Virus record (IMG/VR): IMGVR_UViG_3300021256_000056
Coordinates: 96,001-160,000 of that record
Direction: 5' to 3' (one strand)
Source: a virus
Taxonomy: Duplodnaviria; Caudoviricetes
Length of the DNA stretch: 64,000 bases
Shown: positions 10,348 through 19,658 of the stretch, piece after piece
Layout of the letters: the number at the start of each line of letters is the position of its first letter
Numbering within the stretch: the first letter of the stretch is position 1
The notes under the pieces: model-generated
Seen by the model: only the letters and a program-made list of their open reading frames with translations
Database searches by the model: none
Told to the model about the DNA's origin: nothing
Position numbers and translations under genes: made by a program

Positions 10348-12354
10348 TTAAAAAATTAATGGTTCAAAAAGGGTTATTATTGTTTTCCTGTTATCTTTAT
10401 CAAGCCTTACACCATAAAAATCACTATTTGTCGTATCGAACTCATAAATGTAATGCGGTTCTGTGTTCGCAACGTATTTAATTTTTATCTTAACGTATAA
10501 ATAATCATAGTATTCGTTAAAAGGTATACGACTAATTTGTGTATCATTGAATTTGGGCCTGGTAAACGGAATCGTCCTTCCGTTGCCCGCATGGTTAAAC
10601 TCAACTTTCATATAAATTTCTTTTTCGGGTTCATCGGGGCCTACTTCATTCTTAAAGAGATAAATATAAAAGCCTTCACTGGATTTATTGGTGTTGAACT
10701 TATCTCTAATAATTAATTTCGTGTCTATATCGTTATGCTCGTCATAAATAGTGAAGCCCTTACCCTTGGCTTTAAGATTCATATATTTTCCATATAATTC
10801 ACCCGAATCCAAAAAAACGGTGGAATAACCAAGTAGCTGCTGCTCTAATGGGTTTGGGTTATCATAGAATGATAATCTTATAAAACTATTTTTAACTTTT
10901 TGCTTTTGATATCTTATATCGTCTTCATCAAAATTCATGTATGCCACAAGGTCTGATTTTTCAAAAGCGTCGCGTTTCGTGATTGTGGTGCCAACGGGAA
11001 TCAAGTTCCACCCGTAGTTTCCGTCTATGTGCCATCCGTTGCTATATTGCCTTCTGTAATACGTCGTTCCAGTTGTTTCTGCGAGGGCCAATATTATTGG
11101 CTCTGACTGGTCCTGTGTCGCTCCGCGCTTGAAGGGTACACATTCTGCTGGAAGAATTGACGGGATTGAAGGAAGGGCTATAGCGGTTTCGTATATGCTT
11201 GGCGTTATCTCTTCGATTTCCTTATATTCAACTTCTCTGTACCTAAAATGGAAATTAAAGTCGATTTGCTCCATTTGTATTGTGTTTCCCGAATTATCTT
11301 TAAATGTTGGTTCAAACATAACTTTCTCCATGTCCAATATCTCGGGTATGACCTTCTCTTTGATTTCGCTTGAGAATAGGTTTTCAACAGTGCTTTGTTG
11401 AAAGAGGTTATTTTCATCGGTTTTAGTTAAGCCTAAGTCTACTTTATAATACTCATGCTTTCTTATGAGTTCCGTGCTTGCAAAAAGCGGCGCTGGTGCC
11501 CCCTCGCTATAATTCATTGTCATTTTTAAGTATGGGTTATAATTCATAAAAAGAGAGCAGGCGCCTATCTTTTCATAATCAAAAGCATCTCCAGCAATTT
11601 GTTTTTGATAAAAGGTTCTGGTTGCTTCTTTTAACCAATTACAAGTCTCAATAAAAATTTTCTCTGGATATGTTTCGTCAATTTCATCATTTTGGGGTAG
11701 TGTATCGTATTTTACAGCGACAAGCACTTCCTCATATTCATCTGTTGGTGTATATACGTTATATGTGTATTTTAACACCGTTGGTAATCTTAATATTGTA
11801 TTTTCATTAACCGAAATATTACTCGTGTTTATTGAGCTCCTATCATACATGTTATTGAAATTGTGCCTGGTTTCACTATTATGCCTAAAAACAGGACAAA
11901 CATCCTCTAAAATAATTGGTTGCTCTTGTGTCGTTAAATTTTCTAGTGTCCCCATTACGGTTCCATTCTCTTGCCATATTTCCAAATAATCCTCAGGTAA
12001 AAGCGCGTAATTATTCTCAAGAGTAATCGTTTTTGTATCTTTATCGACACCTATTATTGTGTATGTTACGTGTTCTTCGGGTATTGAAACGACCAGAATT
12101 TTATCGCTAACAATGGACATGACTTTCACTTCGCATTCTCCAAATGTTTCCCAGGAGGTGGTATCTCCAGTACCACTCCTTTTTCTGAAATATAGGGTAT
12201 CACCAACTTGAGCCCTATGTTCTTTCGGTAACAAAAGTACAATGCCTAGTTCCTGGTTAACGGAAACAATTGCTCCGTTGTGGCTTTCACCTGCAGGTAA
12301 TAGGACTTCCTCTTCCCTTATTGGGGTGTTTATATTTAAAGTCATCCTTTCCAT
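10348..12354 (-). CDS. Putative virion structural protein (about 668 aa)
   Basis: Long ORF; start more likely ATG 12354 (TAATG overlap with the upstream stop) than 12363. Confidence 0.55.
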   Translation of the reverse strand: MERMTLNINTPIREEEVLLPAGESHNGAIVSVNQELGIVLLLPKEHRAQVGDTLYFRKRSGTGDTTSWETFGECEVKVMSIVSDKILVVSIPEEHVTYTIIGVDKDTKTITLENNYALLPEDYLEIWQENGTVMGTLENLTTQEQPIILEDVCPVFRHNSETRHNFNNMYDRSSINTSNISVNENTILRLPTVLKYTYNVYTPTDEYEEVLVAVKYDTLPQNDEIDETYPEKIFIETCNWLKEATRTFYQKQIAGDAFDYEKIGACSLFMNYNPYLKMTMNYSEGAPAPLFASTELIRKHEYYKVDLGLTKTDENNLFQQSTVENLFSSEIKEKVIPEILDMEKVMFEPTFKDNSGNTIQMEQIDFNFHFRYREVEYKEIEEITPSIYETAIALPSIPSILPAECVPFKRGATQDQSEPIILALAETTGTTYYRRQYSNGWHIDGNYGWNLIPVGTTITKRDAFEKSDLVAYMNFDEDDIRYQKQKVKNSFIRLSFYDNPNPLEQQLLGYSTVFLDSGELYGKYMNLKAKGKGFTIYDEHNDIDTKLIIRDKFNTNKSSEGFYIYLFKNEVGPDEPEKEIYMKVEFNHAGNGRTIPFTRPKFNDTQISRIPFNEYYDYLYVKIKIKYVANTEPHYIYEFDTTNSDFYGVRLDKDNRKTIITLFEPLIF

Positions 12355-15300
12355 TATATACAACTATTTTCAGCCTCTATTGGCAAATAGAGTAATTGTG
12401 ATAAATCCACCCTCATACCCCTTTTCTTGAAACTTCTGAGAGGGTTTGCATCTCTTGTTGCTGTTTTTCCACCAACATTTTTATATTTTTTAGGCATCTG
12501 TAAACCATATTCACCAAACGGGTCTTGCCTTCTAAGTTCGAAAGTAATATTCTGTTGTCTATATATAGCACCATTTGTAAATGTAACATCACCAATTTCT
12601 GAATTTTCGTTGGTTTGTGAATAAGGTAAAACCTCTCTCCAAACAAATGACTCTTCTTTCTTATTATATGATGCATATTGCGGCGCTCCATCTTCGCAGA
12701 GTATTATTTGGTCTATCGAATTTTCGTCTCCAGGCAAAAGTTTTTTATTGTTGTCCGCGGGTTCCAAAGTCAGCACGTTATTACCCTTAGAGTATAAATT
12801 ATACCATAATAGCGTACCATCCGTCTTTGTGACGCCAAATAAATCATTTATAACATATTTGTGTTCATCTGCGCCTTCAATAACCAATCTATATGTATAT
12901 TGTTGTGTTTGACCCGCGGGAACAACAACATATAGTGGCTGCTCCTCGATTTTTATATTATTGTAACTCAAAACAAAACCAACGCTATTGGTTATGGCAC
13001 TTGATATTTCCCTAATTGGAACTCTGGTATGAGGCGAATAATAGTAACCCTCTAACTGGATATTTCCAGGGAACGGGTGGCCTTCCTCGCTATAATTTAA
13101 TATTTCACTTTCAATGGCGAAGCCGCTAGAGTGGCTTGACATTGTCCCTTTTTGGGCGATAACAGTTTTATATGTTATATTACCAATCTTAATCTTGATA
13201 TCTCCAGTTCTACTCGCTATGTTCCTATTCACAGCGACATTTACATATACGACGGCCCCCCCACTTGACTGATAACCTACTGGAAGATTTATTTCGCGCC
13301 CGTCTAGTGTAGACGTAATGCTTACCCAATCTGGAATTTCTTTTATTTCCCATGTTGTTGCACGAATGGTCATACTTTTACTTAAAGTAGAATCGTCCCC
13401 CTTGCTTTCAAAAACTATTTTTGAATATTGAAGTCCTGTCTTATCTCTACCTATAATAGTATTTTTTGTCGTTTGTCCAATATCTTCTCCTTCACCAAAC
13501 ACGACAAACTTTTCATAATCGTCGCTTACCAAATTATCATAATGAATATCGTAATAATATGGGTTTAATATTTCTCTTTGTGCGGTATTCACCCTGTGAT
13601 ATACTTTCTCCAAAACAGTTTCTGAATTTGTGGTTGGGTCGAATTCGACAATATCACCATAAAACTCACTAAAACTGCTTAATTTTATGTTATCTTCAAG
13701 CACACTGGGTGGAAGTATATCTTCTCCAAATACATCGCTAAACCCCATTTCATAACGAACGTCAGTTATTTCTTGTGGCCTGACATTATGGAGCTTCCTT
13801 ATGTTGTAGTTTTCTAATTCGTTCCCCATGTCGACCCCCGAAGTAACCTTCCCAAAAGCATGTGAACGTTCTATTGTCGTGGCGGTATAGTTGTTGCGTT
13901 TGTACCATTCCTCATACCCCCTATTAGTTTTAATAATTGTCAGATAGAGCTCTGTTAATGGCCTGCCAAGATTATCCTTTAATCCCCTTGTATCAATATC
14001 ATCGGTGTATAATAATTGTGCTGTTCTATCTCCGTAAATGTTTTCGCCGTAGGCTAACTTGCTTAAGGAGCTATCTGGAAGCTTTCCATCCTCTTTAGTA
14101 TATTTCTTGAATTTTCTAAAATAGTACCTACATTCATTTGCGCCTGCGAGCCTTTTCATGTAACAAAAATGTATTTCGTTACATAGCCACATAAATAACT
14201 CTTCTTTCCTGAAAGTATTCTTGTATATTCTAAAACAATGGTCTGCGTTTAGATTGTTTTCATCACCAACCCCCTGTACTTGTATGTTCTCTGTTATTTC
14301 TACGCCAGCAAATGGAACATAAAATTTAACAACATCCCCATACTGTAGGTTATGCTTGATTGCTGTTTTAAATATATATATGTCTTGACCATTTCCACCC
14401 TTGGCAAGCCTAATAGAAGTCCTTATTCCTTCATGATTGTCTATAAGTTGTGACCTGGAGTCGCTGTCTCCTCCAGAATCTATGGTGCCATCGGGATTGA
14501 TTGTATCATTAGTGTTTATTTCACCCCCTTTGCCCATAACGGTATTAAATTTGTTAACATCGGATTTATATGGGTAAGTTATACACCAATCCCAATTATA
14601 TTCCAATCTTTTTCTCTCTTTATTAACATATGGAATGAAGGAAAACAGAGTTCTGTCGGGGTAGAGGTCGATAAACTCGCACTCTTTTCTATTGTTTAGT
14701 AATCTATCAATAATAATATTTTCATTTTTTGTATTATTATGAAGTTTTAACAATGAGGGGTTAGCGAAACCAAACCACCCATCACTTTCTTTAACGTGAA
14801 AAGTGAAGGCTTCTTCCATTGACATTATATTATCAATGCGATAAATATGTAAATTAGTTAACGTGGTACCAGTACCCGCTTGTTCTTGTGTACCCAATTC
14901 TTCTTGTATTGGATTGCAATTACTATCATAAAGCTGAGCCTCAATAGTATTATATGTCGTGCTTGATACTCCCCAAATTGGGTTAAATCCTCTTCCTCTT
15001 AGAAGATGATTATTAAAGATATCTACACCACATTTGTAATTGAAATTTCCTACTTCTGGATGAGAATACTCCGTGTTTCTTATGACGCTTTTATGTGTGA
15101 TTTGGGATGTATTCATCGCATACTGTGTAAACGCCGTATATCCTGTTGAAAAATTTTCATGTATAAGTTGACAGGTGTTACTGTCCTCATGCCAAATAAC
15201 TTCACTCTTCATATTATAAAGCACGTTACTGCATAGGGCGTTGATGGTGAAAATTAATCTATATTTAGTACATGCATCCCTTTCGTCATTATACAGCTGA

Positions 15301-15434
15301 TAGAGGTTGAGGGTATCCGAAACGTCGTTAAATGGTATTAGCCTGGTTTTTTGCTCCAGGCTTATATCAATGTTATTCGTCTTGCTGATAGACTTAACGT
15401 TTCTATTTTTCTCTAAAAATATCTTTTCTTCCAT
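12354..15434 (-). CDS. Virion structural protein with internal BACON-like Ig domain (1026 aa)
   Basis: WEIKEIPDWVSIT...VYVNVAVNRNIASRTGDIKIKIGNITYKTVIAQKG (about 13145-13380) matches the BACON pattern W..pdW....N....RtG.I......v.Q.G. TAATG overlaps on both sides. Confidence 0.65.
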   Translation of the reverse strand: MEEKIFLEKNRNVKSISKTNNIDISLEQKTRLIPFNDVSDTLNLYQLYNDERDACTKYRLIFTINALCSNVLYNMKSEVIWHEDSNTCQLIHENFSTGYTAFTQYAMNTSQITHKSVIRNTEYSHPEVGNFNYKCGVDIFNNHLLRGRGFNPIWGVSSTTYNTIEAQLYDSNCNPIQEELGTQEQAGTGTTLTNLHIYRIDNIMSMEEAFTFHVKESDGWFGFANPSLLKLHNNTKNENIIIDRLLNNRKECEFIDLYPDRTLFSFIPYVNKERKRLEYNWDWCITYPYKSDVNKFNTVMGKGGEINTNDTINPDGTIDSGGDSDSRSQLIDNHEGIRTSIRLAKGGNGQDIYIFKTAIKHNLQYGDVVKFYVPFAGVEITENIQVQGVGDENNLNADHCFRIYKNTFRKEELFMWLCNEIHFCYMKRLAGANECRYYFRKFKKYTKEDGKLPDSSLSKLAYGENIYGDRTAQLLYTDDIDTRGLKDNLGRPLTELYLTIIKTNRGYEEWYKRNNYTATTIERSHAFGKVTSGVDMGNELENYNIRKLHNVRPQEITDVRYEMGFSDVFGEDILPPSVLEDNIKLSSFSEFYGDIVEFDPTTNSETVLEKVYHRVNTAQREILNPYYYDIHYDNLVSDDYEKFVVFGEGEDIGQTTKNTIIGRDKTGLQYSKIVFESKGDDSTLSKSMTIRATTWEIKEIPDWVSITSTLDGREINLPVGYQSSGGAVVYVNVAVNRNIASRTGDIKIKIGNITYKTVIAQKGTMSSHSSGFAIESEILNYSEEGHPFPGNIQLEGYYYSPHTRVPIREISSAITNSVGFVLSYNNIKIEEQPLYVVVPAGQTQQYTYRLVIEGADEHKYVINDLFGVTKTDGTLLWYNLYSKGNNVLTLEPADNNKKLLPGDENSIDQIILCEDGAPQYASYNKKEESFVWREVLPYSQTNENSEIGDVTFTNGAIYRQQNITFELRRQDPFGEYGLQMPKKYKNVGGKTATRDANPLRSFKKRGMRVDLSQLLYLPIEAENSCI

Positions 15435-18400
15435 TATATGTTAAAATGTATCTCGAATGGTTCATAATTTAATTCAATGCTTGAATCAATTGGGTAAGGG
15501 TTTATTTGAAGTACTCCCGAAGCACTCTCTGGTATGCCGCCACCACTTGTGGGCCCATGAAATGTAATTTTTATATCTCCGTTTTGCGGGCCTTCTATGT
15601 TCCAATAAACGTAGTGGTTGGGTGTTTTAAATATACTTATTAATTGTTTTGCAATATCAGGTCTACTAATATCAAATATGTTACCTTTATCACAATGTGC
15701 TATGAGAATGATATCAAGATAATCACCAGTTTTAACACTAACTGGTGTTTCCAATGACCATGTTATATTACATTTCTCCACCCCTTGGCTGTCTGCTTCC
15801 AATTTGTAATATGTATTGCCGACTTTAATATATATGGGATATTGACTCGTTGGATTTTCTGGAATACTAGCATAAACAAGCACGGTTTCGCCCGATATTT
15901 CTGCACTATCAATTTGTTTGTAATAATATCCACTTTCATCAATATCACTCTTTTTTTCGCAGCTAGAGAAATATTGTTTATTAAACTCGTCAAGCGCGGT
16001 TGCCCCAGGGTGCAATCCAAAATAAAAATAGAAAGAGTTTTCATATAAAGGAAAGCGCCATGAACCTGATTTTTTTTCAGCAAATTTTGTTTTCAATAAT
16101 GATAAATTATCTATTCCAAATCTAAAACGATAGTAATCTTGGCTCGGTGTATCAAGTGTTTGTGTTTGTGTATTTTCGACAATATCTTTATCATAATCTA
16201 AACCTGGTGCTACTATGCCTACTTCATTTTTCATTTCCCCTCTAACCTTCGTACCATTGTACCAAGTCTTTGCATCCGATTCTTGTACATCAATCACTTT
16301 CTTCTTTAAAAGCCCGTCAAAAGCGTTGGGGTTTAAAAATTTAAACTCATATGTAGGATAGCCAGTCTTTTCCGCGGTTCCAGTTGCGATTAATCTTCTA
16401 TGATTTAATGTTGCGAACGACATTCTAAAGTCGTCATCCAATATGTCTTTATTATTAATTATGCCTGTTGGGACATAGTAGTTAAAGACAAAAGTGCTGC
16501 CCGTTGTGGGGCTATAGTTCACTCCTTTAACGGTTTCCTTTCTAGGGTTTAATGCAACACCGATTTCACAAGCCCTCGCAAGATTTACACAGGACTTTAT
16601 ATTTGTTTGTGAATTAAAACAACTTATGCCAAGAAAAAGTCCTCCTGGTTGATACAAGGATGTTCCAGTAAAAAAACTTTTACCTTGTTCGGGCCCACTG
16701 TAGTTCCACGCTATACCTGGCGCTTCTGTCAATGTAATATAATCATCTAAATCGGTATATTCAATAACTGCTGTATTTGTGTCTCCTGAAAAGAATTTTC
16801 TTACATTTTCATATGTTTGTTTTTCCATAACAGATACCCCTGTATCGGTGTAACCAGTTCCCTTTGGTTCGCTACAGATGGTAACTGTACCATCACTGGT
16901 TGAGATGCCATAAAGATAACCCTCACTATCAAGGTTTGTTTGTGCAAGGTTCGTGGGCATTTTATAACTAGTAGAAACCAGGTGATTAAACGCTTGGGGA
17001 AGTCCGTTCTTATCACAATCATTCAAGGACCCCAATAATATTAAATCTGTTGCAAAAAAATTTGCTTTATACCTAACTCTATCTGACCCTTCTTCTCTAG
17101 TATGCCATTCGCATGGTTTTGCATAATAAACATATTGTTCCTTGGATGTTAATTTCTCTTGTATAACACCACCATTGCTACCGAATACTTTAAAATATTT
17201 AAAGCCAGGGGCGCCATGACATTTTTGAAAAGTCTTCGTATTTTCATCATAAGGTTTATTGGGTTTGCATCCTATGTCGGTTGTAGTATTTATTGAATAT
17301 GTGGCACCGCTATTTGTTATGGAATACCCAAGGGAACATTGCTGCGTGTATTTTCTTGTTCGTCCAAAAGAGACGGAGCCGTTACCGCTATGGCTCGAGC
17401 TTAAACAGCCCTTAATTTTTAGCGGTACTTTAATCAAGCCCCAAAGATAGTTTCTTTTCTTTCTTACGAACTTATTCCATCGAGGAATATATATTGTCCC
17501 ATTAATCCAATCATTATAAAAATCAAAATTAATAACACGATATTCTTGTGCCAAATTCATCTCAACACAAGATAGAAGATAATCAATTTCACGTGTTAAA
17601 CAGATTGGCTCTTCCTTCCCATTGGGGACATAATTTGAGTTTTGCGAATCAATACTTGTTTTGTCAACAAAAGCGGCATTATATCCAGGCGAGGCGTCTT
17701 CATCTTCGTCTTCCTGTGTATTGTCAGTATTTTTTTTAACCAAAGCATTATAAGTTTGTTTCCATAAATCATATCCTGGTCTAACATTGCCGATTTCTTC
17801 ATACCATAAATAAAAATACGATAGGCCAACGGGGGCAAAATACCAACCTTCCAAGTCGGGGCATAAATCACCCTCGAGAACAATTAATGTCCATTGCTTG
17901 AGTTTTTGCCTTATTTTTTTACCAGGTCCTGAGGGCAAAAGTTTGTTATCAATGAGCGTATGTGCTAATTTAGCGAGCCCAAGGGCTATGGCGCCAATAA
18001 CATTATTTACAAACCCAACAACTGAAATATATATTTTGATTATAGCACACATTATAATAAACATCAAAGGTAATCTAATGCGAATATTGTTATATGGCAT
18101 TGGATTATTGTTACTATAATTATTAGTGTGTTTTAAGCCAGTAAATCTTTCACTACGAATCCATCCTGATTGCTGAAACCTAGGTATAAATGATTTAATT
18201 GAGTATACATTGTTCCAGAACATATCTCTAAAAGATGTGTCCTTTGTTTGTGTCCCAAAATTGAAGTCTTTTTCAGTTTCGTCCTTAGGATTATTGGGGA
18301 CTAGTACTTTTGAAAGGAAATAATTATGTGTGTTTTGTTCGTTATCATGAAGCGATATCCTAAATCTCACGCTAGTTCTGGTGGGTATGCCCTTTTCGGG

Positions 18401-19432
18401 GTTGTCAGTTGCAACAGTATTACCATACTCATCTGTTGTAATGTAGTCCAAATTCATTGGAATTTGGTAACACCAAATTCCGTCAGAATTAATAAGTTCT
18501 GTTCCTTTTATTGCAAACTCCTCGATTGTGTTACTAGGTGTCTTGCGTATCATTTCAATGGTACCCTCACCAGTAATAAGTTCATCCATTGCTCCCATGG
18601 TATTGGTTGCGATGCATTTTTTACTAATACCGTTCGACGAATTGTCGGTAAAGACTGAGCCCAAGAAAACGCAGGTTGGTTCAAATTTATAATTTACGTT
18701 AATATCACACCTTGAAATTCCAACTTGGTCACCCTGTCCCGTATTACCCCAGAAAGGAATGACCTCCACGGTTTGGTCTTGGCTGAAAATTTGGCTTAAC
18801 GTGTCGAGTTCGTCATCTGACTTAAACACATTTGGATTCTCGAACTGTTCAACAGTATAACCTTTATAGTAAAAATCCCTCGGTCTTTGTGAAAGCATTC
18901 CACAATCAGAAAGGTCCAAATCCATATGTACGGTGTAATCCCCAGTGGGGACGCCACAAATCATATAGTCTCCAGCGTTATTTGTTTTGGTAGTATATTT
19001 GTAATATTCTTCAAAAATTTCAATAACATCATCGTTATCGAGAACGAAAGTCTTTGAAGGGAACGTACCGACAGCCCTGTGGCAATCACTAAGGTCCTGG
19101 TCGGGTAATAGGTTATAACGTATTCCTTTATCACCTCTGTCCTGTGTGCTTTGGTATGGATATAGTTGTGCTTTAAGTACGTCCATCCTCGTCTCCGTTG
19201 TTGCGCTGATGAACACACTTATTTTTGCGTTTGGAATACCGAAGCCACCATTGGCGAGCACTCTACCAACTATAACACCGTAGTCCGCAGACTGTAATCT
19301 ATACGCATCCTCCTGAGTAAGCTTTAATGACAGGATTTCAAATGTGTTGTAATCCTGGTCAAGATTAACGTTAATATTAACATTGTTACCAACTTCGGTT
19401 CTAATCCTATATGACCTGTTTGTATCGTTCAT
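15434..19432 (-). CDS. Large virion/baseplate protein with N-terminal carboxypeptidase-regulatory-like (prealbumin/SdrD-B type) domain and internal hydrophobic segment (1332 aa)
   Basis: GVIVGRVLANGGFGIPNAKISVF...YTTKTNNAGDYMICGVPTGDYTVH; hydrophobic LPLMFIIMCAIIKIYISVVGFVNNVIGAIALGL; downstream of the gp6-like gene. Confidence 0.6.
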   Translation of the reverse strand: MNDTNRSYRIRTEVGNNVNINVNLDQDYNTFEILSLKLTQEDAYRLQSADYGVIVGRVLANGGFGIPNAKISVFISATTETRMDVLKAQLYPYQSTQDRGDKGIRYNLLPDQDLSDCHRAVGTFPSKTFVLDNDDVIEIFEEYYKYTTKTNNAGDYMICGVPTGDYTVHMDLDLSDCGMLSQRPRDFYYKGYTVEQFENPNVFKSDDELDTLSQIFSQDQTVEVIPFWGNTGQGDQVGISRCDINVNYKFEPTCVFLGSVFTDNSSNGISKKCIATNTMGAMDELITGEGTIEMIRKTPSNTIEEFAIKGTELINSDGIWCYQIPMNLDYITTDEYGNTVATDNPEKGIPTRTSVRFRISLHDNEQNTHNYFLSKVLVPNNPKDETEKDFNFGTQTKDTSFRDMFWNNVYSIKSFIPRFQQSGWIRSERFTGLKHTNNYSNNNPMPYNNIRIRLPLMFIIMCAIIKIYISVVGFVNNVIGAIALGLAKLAHTLIDNKLLPSGPGKKIRQKLKQWTLIVLEGDLCPDLEGWYFAPVGLSYFYLWYEEIGNVRPGYDLWKQTYNALVKKNTDNTQEDEDEDASPGYNAAFVDKTSIDSQNSNYVPNGKEEPICLTREIDYLLSCVEMNLAQEYRVINFDFYNDWINGTIYIPRWNKFVRKKRNYLWGLIKVPLKIKGCLSSSHSGNGSVSFGRTRKYTQQCSLGYSITNSGATYSINTTTDIGCKPNKPYDENTKTFQKCHGAPGFKYFKVFGSNGGVIQEKLTSKEQYVYYAKPCEWHTREEGSDRVRYKANFFATDLILLGSLNDCDKNGLPQAFNHLVSTSYKMPTNLAQTNLDSEGYLYGISTSDGTVTICSEPKGTGYTDTGVSVMEKQTYENVRKFFSGDTNTAVIEYTDLDDYITLTEAPGIAWNYSGPEQGKSFFTGTSLYQPGGLFLGISCFNSQTNIKSCVNLARACEIGVALNPRKETVKGVNYSPTTGSTFVFNYYVPTGIINNKDILDDDFRMSFATLNHRRLIATGTAEKTGYPTYEFKFLNPNAFDGLLKKKVIDVQESDAKTWYNGTKVRGEMKNEVGIVAPGLDYDKDIVENTQTQTLDTPSQDYYRFRFGIDNLSLLKTKFAEKKSGSWRFPLYENSFYFYFGLHPGATALDEFNKQYFSSCEKKSDIDESGYYYKQIDSAEISGETVLVYASIPENPTSQYPIYIKVGNTYYKLEADSQGVEKCNITWSLETPVSVKTGDYLDIILIAHCDKGNIFDISRPDIAKQLISIFKTPNHYVYWNIEGPQNGDIKITFHGPTSGGGIPESASGVLQINPYPIDSSIELNYEPFEIHFNI

Positions 19433-19658
19433 TCTTTATTTTAAAAACTTTATCTATGTTTATTGGTTTGGTATGCCTTACTAAAATTGAAACCAATGCT
19501 ATTGGTAAAAACATTATGACAAGGCACCATCCTAAAATTTTCTTTAGGAGTTTCTTGACTGAACCCCTGATGTTAGACTTCTTGCTTGTTGGTATATTAT
19601 TCCCATACTTTTTTTGCAAATAAGTCATTTGTGCGTCCACTTTACATGCACAAGCCAT
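19407..19658 (-). CDS. Small single-pass membrane protein (83 aa)
   Basis: TAATG-coupled to the gp6-like gene; MACAC N-terminus, basic stretch, TM segment ILGWCLVIMFLPIALVSILV. Confidence 0.65.
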   Translation of the reverse strand: MACACKVDAQMTYLQKKYGNNIPTSKKSNIRGSVKKLLKKILGWCLVIMFLPIALVSILVRHTKPINIDKVFKIKNERYKQVI

